A stretch of 64,000 nt of DNA, from assembly GCF_009834535.1 (NCBI RefSeq), contig NC_045696.1, positions 37,140,001-37,204,000 of the forward strand, written 5' to 3'. Shown piece by piece: positions 36,401 to 48,766 of the stretch (position 1 is its first letter; every line of letters begins with the position of its first letter). The stretch comes from Camelus ferus. Taxonomy: Eukaryota. Under the pieces are notes generated by a model. It worked only from the letters and a program-made list of their open reading frames with translations, was not told the DNA's origin and made no database searches. The translations under genes and the position numbers were made by a program.

Positions 36401-39350
36401 AGATTTTTTTTTAATATAGCCATTGAAGCCATACATTTTACTTTGAGCACTGTTTAGCTGCATCCCGTAAGTTTGATATATTGTCTTTTTTCCCACTCTA
36501 ATTTCCTTTGTGATTTCTTTACTGACTCATAAGTAATTTAGAAAAGTGTTAATTTCTATGTATTTGTGAAGTGCCTAAACTTCTTTCTAATTTCCATCCA
36601 TTGAAATAAATTGAATTGATTTTAATATCATTTCATTTTCATCAGAGAACATACTTTGTCTGATTTTAATCCCTTCAAATTTATTAAAGTCTGTTTTATA
36701 CCCTAATTTATGGTTTGTCCTGGAGAATGTTCCATATGCATTTAAAAGAGTGAATTATGCTGTTGGATGGGACGTTCTATACAGATCTGTTAGGACTAGT
36801 TGGAATTCTCGAGTTAGTCAGGTCTTCCATTTCTGTTTGATCTGCCTGATTGTTCTCTTTGTTACTGAAAATGGAGAATTGGATTGTCAAATTCCTATTT
36901 TTGCATTCTCTATGTCTCCCAAATTCTGCCAGTTTCGCTTCATGCATTTTTGGTCTCTACTATTAGCTGTATATGTGTGTTAACAAATTTATCATCATAT
37001 GCCCCTCTTCATTTCTAGTAATATTTTTTGCTTTAAAGCCTATTTTGGTTTATTTTAGCCACCCAGCTCTCTCAGTGTTTGCTGTTAGCATGGTAAACAT
37101 TTCTTTTCCATCATTTTATTTTCAACTTATTTCTTTGAATCTAAATATCTGAAGTGTATCTCCTGTACACACCATATAGTTGTATTTTTAAAATCTAATC
37201 TGATAATCTCTGATTTTGTTTGAATTGTTTAATAAATTTACCTTTATTGTCATTATATGATAGAATCAACATCTGCCATTTTGATTATAGTTTTCTATGT
37301 GCCTCAAGTCTGTTTTACTCCAGCCGTATCCCTGTTCAACTTTAATACCTTCTTTATTAAATGAATATTTGCTAGCATATCATATTAATTCCTTTAATAC
37401 TTTTATGTATATTTTAAAATTATTGCTGGTTGTACCAGGGCTTATATAGACATCTTCACCTCTTGAATATATTTTAGATATATAAAACTTCAATTTTAAA
37501 AATATGCTTTAGTCTTATAATTTTTTCTATCCCCCCCTATTTGTGCTACTATTTTAATACATATTTCTTTTATATATTACAAATTCAACAAGAGATTATC
37601 ATAATTATTAACTTATATCATCTTATGCATTTCAAATAAACTAAGAGTAGAAAGAAAAACAAGTACATACTTATAGAATTTATTATCTTTATTTACCATT
37701 TTGGTTTCTGTAGATTTCTTCCCATAAATTTGAGTTATTTTGTTTCATTCTCTTACTCAAATATATCTGTGCTCCCAATCACCACCTCTAAGCTCTTATT
37801 GTATATTACACTTCTATATGTTATAAGCAAATTCATAAATACAATTATATAAACATTGTTTTATATGTTATTTGCATTATATATTATATATTTACATTTT
37901 ATTAAATAATATGTATTATTTGTATACTGTTTTATATTTACATTTTAAGTCAGTTAAGAAAAGAAAGATGAAGAAATTTGCGATTATAGTGTATTTTATA
38001 ATTACTGACATCATTACTTTAACCAACATTGTCTAAACACTTTTTTTGTATAAATTTAAATTACTGTCTAGTCACTTGATTTTGGCATGAAGAGCTCTGT
38101 GTAGTATTTCTTGAATGGTAGAGAACTGGCAACAAAATATCTCAGCTTTTACCAATCTTAGAACGTCTTTATTTTTATCTGCATTTTTGAATTACAGCTT
38201 TTCTAGATTTAAAGTTTTTTTTTTGTTTGTTTGTTTGTTTTTACTTATGACTCTAGAATACATAGTTAAGGTGCCTTTTATCTCCTATTGTTTCTGATAA
38301 AGTCAACTGTTAATCTTATTCAGATTTCTTTTATATGATTATTTTTCTTTGTCTTTGTCATAGTTCTTTATTATGATGTGTTTGGGGTGTGGATGGTTTT
38401 TGTTTATCCTGTCAGAATTCATTGATCTTCTTGGATGTATACATTAACTTTTTAAAAATCAAATTTGGAGTGTTTTCAGCTGTTATTTCTTTGAATATTA
38501 TTGTGTTCTTTCTCCTTTCCATCTGATACTTTCATTGTACATTGATGTACCAAAGCATCCCACATTTCTCTGAGGGTCTGTTTAATTTTCTTCATTCTCC
38601 TTTTACTCTGTTCTTCAGATTGCATCATCTCTGTTTGTCTATGTAGAAACCATTGTCATCAGAGAACATACATTGTATGATTTCAGTCTCTCCAAATTTA
38701 TTAAGATTTGTTTTGGTTTGCTGTTTTTCATTTTGCTTTGTTATTTTTCTAATAGCTTAAATTTACTTTGAAGCTCTCAGTGAATTTTTGTATTTTTCAT
38801 TGTGGTTTTCAACCTCCAGATTTCCACTTAATTCTTTTAAATAATTTCCGTCTCTTTTTTGATATATGTTATTTTATGCCACATTGTCATCATATGCTCT
38901 TTACATTTTTGAGATGTCATCTCCTTTAGTTCTTTGAACATACTTATAAGAGCTGATTTGAAGTCTTCTTACTCAAGTCTAAAAGGGCTCCTACAAAAAC
39001 AGATTTTATTACCTGATTTTCTTTCCTGTGTAAGAGCCACACTTTCCTATTACTTTGCATGTCTTTTATGCTTTGTTGAAAACTGGATGTTTTAGATAAT
39101 ATAGGTACTCTGGACACTAAACTCATCACCCCCTAGAGGAGATGCTGTTTTCATGTTCAGTTATCTATTTGTTTAATAGTATGGCTGAACTGATTATGTG
39201 AAATCTCTTTCCCTGCAGTATTTAGCCTTTGTTGCCCCTTCTGAGACTGTTTGTTTTGTTTTGGTCTTTCAGCCTAGGTATTTAATAGTTTCCCCAGATT
39301 AGCATATGCCACTTACTAGTTTAAGGTTATGCTTAAACTTAGAAAAGCCT
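33470..39350 (-). mobile_element. Ancient near-full-length decayed L1 (L1M-type)
   Basis: L1M-like 3' end (ATTCACCTACCATAAAATTCA, GAGTGGAATTGCTGGGTTATAGGG), ORF2 motifs (TGGAGAATGTTCCATATGCA at ~36721), a long spacer, then ORF1-like sequence 38050-39130. Confidence 0.85.
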
Positions 39351-39376
39351 TTTAGCAAACTTCATTTTACACTGTA

Positions 39377-39378
<2 letters not shown>

Positions 39379-39413
<35 letters not shown>
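39379..39413. repeat. (GT)n microsatellite
   Basis: Perfect GT run of ~17 units. Confidence 0.95.
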
Positions 39414-39414
<1 letters not shown>

Positions 39415-41829
39415 TTGTTATCACAGTAAGGAGTTGTTTTGCCTCACTTTCACCCAAGGGCTACTAGATTATATTTTTCCCCTCGAATCACTCTGATCAT
39501 TCGTGAGAGTGTGCAGTCTCAGAGGCAGACACATATTTCTGGATTTTATTTTATTCCTCGTTTCCATGAGTTGCCCTAGGTCATAGTGGCTTATTGTTCA
39601 GCCTGTGTTTGGCAGACGTTTTGATTAAGCTTCTAGTGCCATTTTGACTGCCACTCTTTGTTTACTAAGAATGTTTTCAACTTGGCACCACTTTCTGCTC
39701 TAATTGCATTTGAGTAGAGGCAACCCAACACTTATTTACAGCCTTCCTAACTGCTAGGGTTGATGGTGAATCTAATATAAAGCATCCCTGAAAAAAAATT
39801 AGCAAATAAGATATTGTTGAGACAATATTTTTATGAAATGCTATTTAATTAACAGTATATATTCACTTAAAGTATAGATTATTTTAATTTATGACATATT
39901 TAAATTTTAATGTCATATATATTTCCTGAAAAAATGTAAATATTTATTCAGTGTTTTAATATTAACTTTCAATAATACCCATTTAGAGAACACTGTCAAC
40001 ATTGTGGTTACTTTTGATTGCTAATATTTTAATACAACCTCAGGATTTAGAGACAAACAATCATGATTTAGAATTGTACTCTAAAACTTTCTAGGTTTGT
40101 AAAAATTGCCAAATTTCTGAAACTCTCGTGTTGATTTATCAAATCTTCATCACAGATGTAATTGTTCCTATGTCATAGTAATATATGGAAAATTGATTAT
40201 ATAATTTTATAAGTCAGTATTATTATTTTTCTTGTCATTGTTATCAACTATGATGGCTTTTTTAAATAAAAATTACATTGTAGACAAATTTTTTGATTTA
40301 ATTATTTATGAGCATAAGCAAATATTTTTATATTATAGTAATATACTCATAAGTACTTTAATAATTATATAATATTTTTCCATATGAGTGTGCTGTAAAC
40401 TGAATGTTATTTTTCTTAGGCTTGAGTTGTCATCCAACTCTTCACTCCACTCTTTTTATTACCATCTTTTCTTTATATGTTCTAGAATTATTATTATTTT
40501 TATTTGAAGGTATACATTCTATTATCCTACCAGTGGTTATCTTGAATAAACTCTTAAAATATTATTTTCATTTTTATCATTAAATTTAAAATCAAATGAG
40601 AGATCTTCAATCTAACTTTATGAGTTAAATGTTTAGCATATTTTCACTTCCACACCTCATTTGGCACTTTGTTCATATACTCTGGGTGATGGTGGTGATG
40701 GTGATGGTGATGTTAGTTGATCATGTTTAAACTGAATGCATTAGACACTGCCTTTCTTGTATCCCATGACCTCAAAATTCTAGAATTACTTTTTGTGGTT
40801 TTTCTGTTTTATTTTACCTCTAGGCCAACAGAAGTGCCACATTATTTAACTTTCATTCAGGAAGAATTGTCTGTGTTTGCCAGCCTTCTAAAGATGATTT
40901 CCTATAGCTACCAAACTTGTGACTACCTAAATTGTTATGTTACTATAGGCCACATTTTTTTAAATTGTAGTGTTTTATATTGTAAAAAATTATACTGTCA
41001 GGGTGATTTATACTTCAAGTTGTATATATTTTTTCTGCTTAAAAACTTTTGTAAATTTTAATTCATAGTTTAATTAAATAAAAATAACAGAATATGTTTA
41101 GATACCAAACTATTTTTATTGATTTTTGCCTACATTCAAAAGTTGATGTTTCTTAGCACATAAAGTCTCTTACTATTTTCATTCATTAGTTCTACCATTT
41201 CTTTCTTGAATGTAATTCTATAGTAAATAGGATCTTCTGAGTCTTTTTCTTTGCTTTATCTTACCTTAGTTCTAGGAGAATGTTTCAACTTCTTCAGTAT
41301 TTTTACACTCATTTTTTTCCTGCACCTACAGTATTCTGTTCCTTGCTTCCATTATAATTTGTAATAGACAGTTGTCATTTCATCTCCAAATAGTTTTACC
41401 TAAAACTCAGATAATTTCCCTTTAATTTTTCTTACCTACATTTTATAGATAAAATATCCCATTGGCTATTGTTAAAAACCTGGTTCAGATATTGTCAAAA
41501 ACTAATGGATTCTTATAGAGAAGCATTTTTTCTCATCCAGTATATTTTCATGGATTTTATGAGCTTTTTCTTTTGCTAGTTTTATTTTTGATAAAAGTTT
41601 CACAATTGCCCTTCCTCGTTGTAGTTTGTAGTTACCATCAGAAAACACCTGCCCCCTTGACATTTTCCTTGAAATGGTTGCTTATTTGAGAACCTGGCTT
41701 TCTCTCTCTGATTTAGGGATGGGTGGTGTGAGGAGCCATGAATGTTTTTCTCCACCTACTTCACGATATTCCCTAATGAGATACTGTCATGATTACATGA
41801 TGGTAGCCTCTTATGAGGAGAGAAATCAT

Positions 41830-42229
41830 TGTTAGGCATCATCGGCACAGGCTGCCATAACAGTACCACAGACGGGGTGGCTTATTAAACAACAGAAATA
41901 TATTTTACCATAGATTTTTGAAGTCTAAAAGTCCCAGATCAAGGTGCCAGCAGATTTGGTTACTGGTGAGAGATCTCTTCATGGCTTGTGGATGACTGCT
42001 TCTCCCTGTGTCCGCAGGTGAATTTTCTTCAGTGCTCTCTGCAGAAGAGGTATCTCCTGTCTTTTCTCCTCTGTTTGTAATGACATCAGCCCCATTGGTT
42101 TAATGCCTCATTCTTATGACCTCGCTTAACTTTACTGCATCATTATAAGACCTATTTCTAAATACAGTCCTATCGGGCATTAGGGCTATAACACATGAAT
42201 TTAGTGGCATCACAATTCAGTCCATAGCA
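41830..42229 (-). mobile_element. MaLR LTR (MLT1A/B-like)
   Basis: GGCTGCCATAACA...TACCACAGAC, AAACAACAGAAAT, AGATCAAGGTGCCAGCAG and terminal CAATTCAGTCCATAGCA. Confidence 0.9.
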
Positions 42230-44199
42230 CCCATCTACGTTATATCTAGTAGTACCTTCTTCTCTTTAGAATGTTTAGTACAATCCTTCACCACCCACAA
42301 TTATCTGTAATAGAGGAAAAATTGACCTTTCTTTTCACAGTATTACATTTTCTGTAAACACTTGTTTCTCCAATATATAAAATTTAATTTCATTGAAACA
42401 TTAATTTGCCTTGTAGTGATTTGATAATAACTTGTACATTGAAATATATAGAGCTACAAAAGCATGTATTGCCCAGTGAATATTATTTAACTATTAGAAT
42501 GTTGATAAAAGATATTACTATATATTAGATATTATATCACCTTAGGTTTATATGTTTCTGTTCATATTTGCGTATTCTATTTTTTGATAGTATAACACTT
42601 TTTGCATAAGAAATTTGTTCTTTGTAGTCAGTCATTATTTAACTCAATTTTTATTATCCAAATTAGCTTTTACATGGTTGTCATGGATTTAAAAATGGAA
42701 TATTTAAATGCATAACTGATGTCATGTGTCAAAATACTCATCTCTCACTCACATTTTGCCTTGTTAACATTTATGCTGTCATGGTGAACTGCTTGAATAT
42801 ATAAGCTATGAATTTGAATTTATTCCTTTTCTCCCCACTCTTGACAACAGACCACGTATGTGAAATCAGAAAATCCAGTCATGCCTTACTAAATATTAAC
42901 AGCTCTATCTAGAACAGTTTTGAATTAAAGTTTTACCCTTTTCTTTTTATTATGTAATCTTCCTTTATTAGGTAAAAATAATCTTCCAACATAGTACGTA
43001 ACTATCAATATATTCAGTGAAAAAAGTATGACTGTCTTCTGTATGTCAGGCACTGAGCTAGACCCTCAGAATTCAAAGGTAAAAGGAACAGAAATTATAC
43101 TCAATTTCACTGGAGTATATAAGACAAACATAAACATGAAGATAGGAGAGAGGGATGATATTTTATGAATGTTAACTATTATTAAATTATCATCTGCAGT
43201 GAAACTGTGTTCTTATTCAGGCTTCAACCCTCGAGGCCGGTCATTAAGTCTTACTAATTCAATGAATGAAGGTATGTCTAGAATCAAGAGTTCATTGATC
43301 AACTTTGAATAAACTATAGATAATGTCTTTGGCATCACTAATAGGATATCAATTATAGTTATTAATTTCTTGCCTAATTTTTCCAGATGTGAAAAATTGC
43401 CTCTCTTGCCCATGTGGAAGCACACACCACCAAGGTATCTTTTCTGACATTTACTAAGGCAGTGTCAAGTGCTTATAATTTCTCCACACCTGGAAGCCTG
43501 ACATCAGATCTCTATTCTACATAGGGTTAGGTTGAACTGGTATGATAGTAGATCAGAGAGTAGAACTCTAAACTGACTCTTGAGTTTTCTGACTTGGGTG
43601 ACTAAGAGATGGTGGTGTCATTTTATCAAGCTATAAAACACTGAAAGAGAAAATCTTAATTCGTATGGTTATATGAATATAGGGAGGCAATTTATTACTC
43701 AGTGTTCAATTAAAGAAAGTGTTAAGAATTCAGACAGATGTATTCATGAAGTAGTTAGTTAATCACTATATTCTAAATGAAAGTGCCACTCTTGAAGCCA
43801 CCCCTATTTTTAACTCAAAGAGTATTTCCGTACCCATAGTTCCCAGCAAAACTATTCTATCCGTTGTCAAATGCTGCCTGTTTTCTATTAGCTTTAACTA
43901 TCCTTCTGTTATCTTTCATTTATCTTGCCACACTTTCTGCAGGTTGGATGCATCTTACTATCCTTCACCCTGCAAACTCCCTTTCTCCAAATCTAAACTT
44001 TAAATTACTGCCAGATTAAGATATCTGAAACTTGGGTCAATACATGTCATTTCTGTAATCATAAATTGTCTTTGATGTGCACATAATTCTCAAAAAAGGA
44101 AATAGCTGGTCTTCTTAGCCTAGGGCTTTTTAACTAATACGTGTTTCTCACAAAATATATTTCTATTCCTATCTTTTATAGGGACTCAATATTACAGAC

Positions 44200-46460
44200 A
44201 ATTGGACTATACATTCTATGTACAAAATACAATGTCTTTACTCACTGTATTGGATTTCTTTTTCTTTTTCTTTTTTTCCCTAAAGATAGTTGAAAATTTG
44301 ACAGAGAGTGTGTTGAATTTCAATATCAATTTGGGAAATATGGCCATTTTAACAATAATAAGCATTCCAATCAATAAACATGGGTTATCTTCCCATTTAT
44401 TATTTAATCTCTTTCAATAATGTTTCATAGATTTTAATATAAAAGTCTTGTACTTCTTTTGTTTATTTTATCCCTAAGCGTTTTATTATTTTTGATGATC
44501 TTATGAATGGAATATCTTTCTTAATTTTATGTTCACATTGTTCATTATTCATGTACAGAAATGCAAGTGATTTTGCATATTGCTTCTTTATCCTGCAAAT
44601 TTGCTGAGTTTGTTTTTTAGCTTTCTTGTGTGTTTCCCTTAGGATTAGTGAAATCTTTTTTTTAAATCAGAATGTCTGAATTTCTTCTTTATTTTGGAAG
44701 GATAATTTTGCTGAACTCTTGGCTGACCTTTTATTTTAAATTCAGCACCTTGAATATGTCACTTTACTGCTTTCTGGACTCGATGGTTTCTGACTGAAAT
44801 CAGCATTTAATCTTATGGACGTTTGCTTGTAGGTGGTCAGTCTGTTTGGCTGCTTTCCAGATTCTTCTCTGTCTTTGGCTTGTGATAGTTGGACTGTGAT
44901 GTGTGAAGGTATGGCTCTCTTTGAGTATGCATTACTCTGAATTTATTTATTTTCTTGGATGTGTGGATTATTATTTTTCATCAAAGTTGGCAAGTTTTAA
45001 CTTTCGTTATTTCTTCAGATATTTTTTCTGCCTCTTTCTCTCATCTCAACTTTAGAGTCCTATTATGCATATGTTGGTACACTTGATAGTGCCCTATAGG
45101 TTTCTAAGTCTATGTTTATTTGCTTCATTCTTTTTTCTTTCTGCTCTTCAGACTGGATAATCTCAATTAACCTGTCAAGTTGTTTGATTCCTTAGTCAGT
45201 TCAAAAATAATTTAATCCTTTTAGTGAATTTTTCATTTTAGTTGTGTTTTCAACCACAGAATTTCTATTTGGACTTTTAAAAATAATTTCTATTGATTTA
45301 TTGTTATTCTTAATTGGTGAGACAGCATTCTCACATTTTTATTTAATTCTTTAGACATGGCTTCTTTTAGATCTTTGATTTATGTTTATCTGGTTGGTTT
45401 AAATCTTCTCTTAGTAAGTTCAACACCTGAATTCCTCAGAAGTATTTTTTTACCAACTATTCTTTTGCCTGTGTATCAGTCATGTTTTTCTGTCTGTGTA
45501 CTTAATATTTTGTGTTAAAAATTGAATGTGTTGAATAATACAGTTTAGACAGTCTAGAAATCAGGTTCCTCTTCCTCCCAAAATTTTATTCTTTCTGTTA
45601 TTTGTTGTTGTCTTTGATGTGGTGGTATTATTTATTTGTTTTGTGGCTTTTCTGTTTTAATTATTTAAAGTCTATATTCTATTTATTGTTCTGGGTTTTT
45701 TGCTTGTTTTATGAGATAACTTGTATCTCAGCTTAGTTTATTTGTCAGCTAATGATTATATTAACATTTTCTGAAATGCCATATACTAATAGTCTCTTAG
45801 CCTTAACAGATCTGCAGTTTTCAATTCTGCTTTAGATTTCACTTCTTTGTGCAGTGCATCAGTGTCAGTCACAAGTTAGAGATTGGGTTTAATCGGGGTT
45901 TTCTTTCAGTCAAATGGGGACATTGAGATGGGGACAATTGTCTCTGGGTTTTTCAAAGATCCCTATGGTCATCTCATTCCTCAGATTTTCCTGTTAAACT
46001 TTTGTCCAGTTTTTTGCTTGCCTTAACAGTATTACTAGCTCAGGAATATGTGATGTTAAGACATTGTTTATTGATCATTTTCAGCAAATGCCCAGAGAAT
46101 ATGATTTTTCTTACTGAGCAAGCTTTGAGTAAGGCCAAAGACAAGCCTTGTGAATAGAGCTCTTCCAGGGAGTTTCCAGATATGCCAAATTGTCACAATT
46201 TTCAAGGGATAAGATTTTTGGAGACCTCTAAATCCATTCTGCCTCCTCCAATGGCTGTTACAATGCATATTTTCACTGGAATTATGGTTGCAAGACTGCT
46301 GGATTTCAATATTATTGAAGAGATGGGGAGAAAAGATTGGGAATAGCGCAAGTTAAAGTACCTTGATGTTGGCAGATTTTTGCAAGCCTTTGGTTAATAT
46401 TTGAAGATTGGAAAAAGGAATTTTGATAAATTTTTTTTTACCATTGCTCTAATTGTTTCT
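44200..46460 (-). mobile_element. Decayed L1 fragments (ORF2 piece joined to ORF1/5' region)
   Basis: GCCATTTTAACAATA...ATTCCAATCAATAAACATGG (RT region) to ~44640, then ORF1-like GGATAATTTTGCTGAA, TGAATATGTCAC and CAGACTGGATAATCTCAATT. Confidence 0.7.
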
Positions 46461-46519
46461 ATTTATTTTGTTCTTATCATGACAAGGGGAAATGAAAATA
46501 AAATCAAGTAAATTAACAG

Positions 46520-48105
46520 AAATTCCTTTGTAGGTTACTGCCATTTTTTTCCCTGGTGCCTTTAAAACCTTTCCTTTGTCATTGGCTTTTGATAGGTTTA
46601 ATATAATACGTCTTGGAGAAGGTCTTTTTGTGTTGAGGTAGTTACATGTTCTATTTGCTTTATAAATTTGTATATCCAATTGCTTCCCTGCATTTGGGAA
46701 GTTCTCAGCTATTAAAAAAAAAAAAAAAATTCTCCTCCCTTCTCCCTCTCTTCTGGTATACCCATTATACTTATGTTGCCCTTCCTAATGAATTTGAATA
46801 GCTCTTGTAGAATTTATTCATTTTTTTTTTCAAATTTTATTCCTCTCTCCTCTTCTACCTGTATCATTTCTAAATTTCTGTCTTCAAGATCTCAAATTCT
46901 CTCTTCCATATGGTCTGCTCTGTTTCCAATGCTAATGTTATTTATGTCATTTGTTGAGTTCTTCAGCTCCAGATTTTATTTTTGATTCTTTTTAAGTATT
47001 CCAGTCTTTTTTAAAGTATTCTTTCTGTTCATTAATTTTATTTCTGAGCTCATTGAACCACCTCTCTGAGTCTTCTTGTAGCTCATCAATTTTGTTTGTG
47101 ACAGCTATTTTGAATTCTTTATCAGTTAGATTATAATATTCTGTGACTTTAAGTTTTCTGGAAAATTGTCCTTTTCTCCTTGTGATGCCATGTTATCATA
47201 GGTTTTTTGTTTGTTTGTTTTATGGTGCTTGTTAAGTTGTTCCTCTGTTGGCGTATTTGATATATAGTAAATTTCTTCTTTAGGTAAAGATTTTTTTTTT
47301 ACTCGATTCTAACAGTTCAACAGGTTATTAATTAGAGGCCTTTCTTTTGTTTTTCAGTAGGTTGTTCTATAGCATATTTTTTTAAAATTTTTCTTACCTA
47401 AGCTGCCTCTGGCTATATTTGAGAATTGACACTTTGCACCTTCCATCGCCTCTGTCAGAGGGGTTGCCTGGTGCCTCCATTGTTTCTGCTTATGCCTCCA
47501 GGGTCACTGATGCCTTGCTGCTGTTTATGTTGTTGCTATTGCAGGCATCATTGCCTGGGGCACCAGGATAATAGGGGTCTTCATCCCATCTGAGTTTGCC
47601 TTGGTTGTGGGCTCTTCCAATGCAGTGGGAATGGGAGTGTGGGTGGGGGTGTCCTGAAGGGATGGTCACCTTTGCTACATCTGGGTTTGTCAATTTTGCA
47701 GGCATCACCACTGTGGGAGGGGGTCCAGAGTCCTAGGTGCCTCAACAGCTGAAGAGGGCATTTCCATGCCCCACTGCCACTGCTGCCCAATTTCCTGTGG
47801 CCACAGACGCCATGGCAGCTGGGAAGCCAGAGTTGTGTGTGTCACCTCCCCTGCTGCTACATGGTTCTCCAGGGCTGCAGGTTCAGCTGCCATGGCCAGG
47901 AGACCAGAATCATGGATCCTTCCTCTGCTGTGCCACCAGTGCTGCCTCCTTTATGCGTTCCAGTCCACCAACCTGTAGATGCGTGGAGCTCTCTAGCATC
48001 CTGATGTATAGAGGCAGAGAAATCTTTGTTAAGTTATGGATGTTTAACTGGTTGTAGTTTGAAGGGAAAGAGAACATCTCATTCTGCCATGATGCTGACA
48101 TCACT
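46520..48105 (-). mobile_element. 5' part (ORF1 and 5'UTR) of another older L1
   Basis: Remnant ORF 46449-46679 (DIQIYKANRT...KRPSPRRII...KGKVLKA). GC-richer 47400-48100 ends CTGCCATGATGCTGACATCAC, an L1-type 5' terminus. Confidence 0.8.
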
Positions 48106-48426
48106 TATTACACTATTTTAAGATCACACAATGGGTATACAGAAAAGGTGATAATAATATACTGAACAGATTATAGTAGGTTCCTTAGTCCAGCACACGT
48201 CTCACTTCTTATTTACTTAAACACTTCTTGGATGATAAATGAATGTGTAGCTGCTAAAATTCAACTGAAAATATTTTGTGGCCTATGAGGATAAGATGTA
48301 TTTCTTATACTTTTTGAAGGCCAGAGATGAGCAGCAATGGCCTTTCATTCATGGAAAAAATTTTTTCTAAACTTGAGTGGTATGAATTAAATAAATTATA
48401 TTATTGAAATTGTTCCATTCTAGGTG

Positions 48427-48440
48427 CAGAAATTATTTTC
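48427..48440. repeat. Target-site duplication of the young L1 (partner at 55540-55553)
   Basis: CAGAAATTATTTTC on both flanks. The right copy is followed by AA, giving TTTTC/AA, which fits the L1 endonuclease TTTT/AA-type site. Confidence 0.95.
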
Positions 48441-48766
48441 TTTTTTTTTTTTAACATTTTTTATTGATTTATAATCATTTTACAATGTTGTGTCAAATTC
48501 CAGTGTTCAGCACAATTTTTCAGTTATTCATGGACATATACACACTCATTGTCACATTTTTTTCTCTGTGAGTTATCATAACATTTTGTGTATATTTCCC
48601 TGTGCTATACAGTGTAGTCTATTCTACAATTTTGAAATCCCAGTCTATCCCTTCCCACCCTCCACCCCCCTGGTAACCACAAGTCTGTATTCTCTGTCTG
48701 TGAGTCTATTTCTGTCCTTTATTTATGCTTTGTTTTTGTTTGTTTGTTTGTTTTTGTTTTTGTTTT

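Noticed and set aside
47490..48104. Overlapping short ORFs
   Set aside because: Old L1 5'UTR; a compositional artefact.
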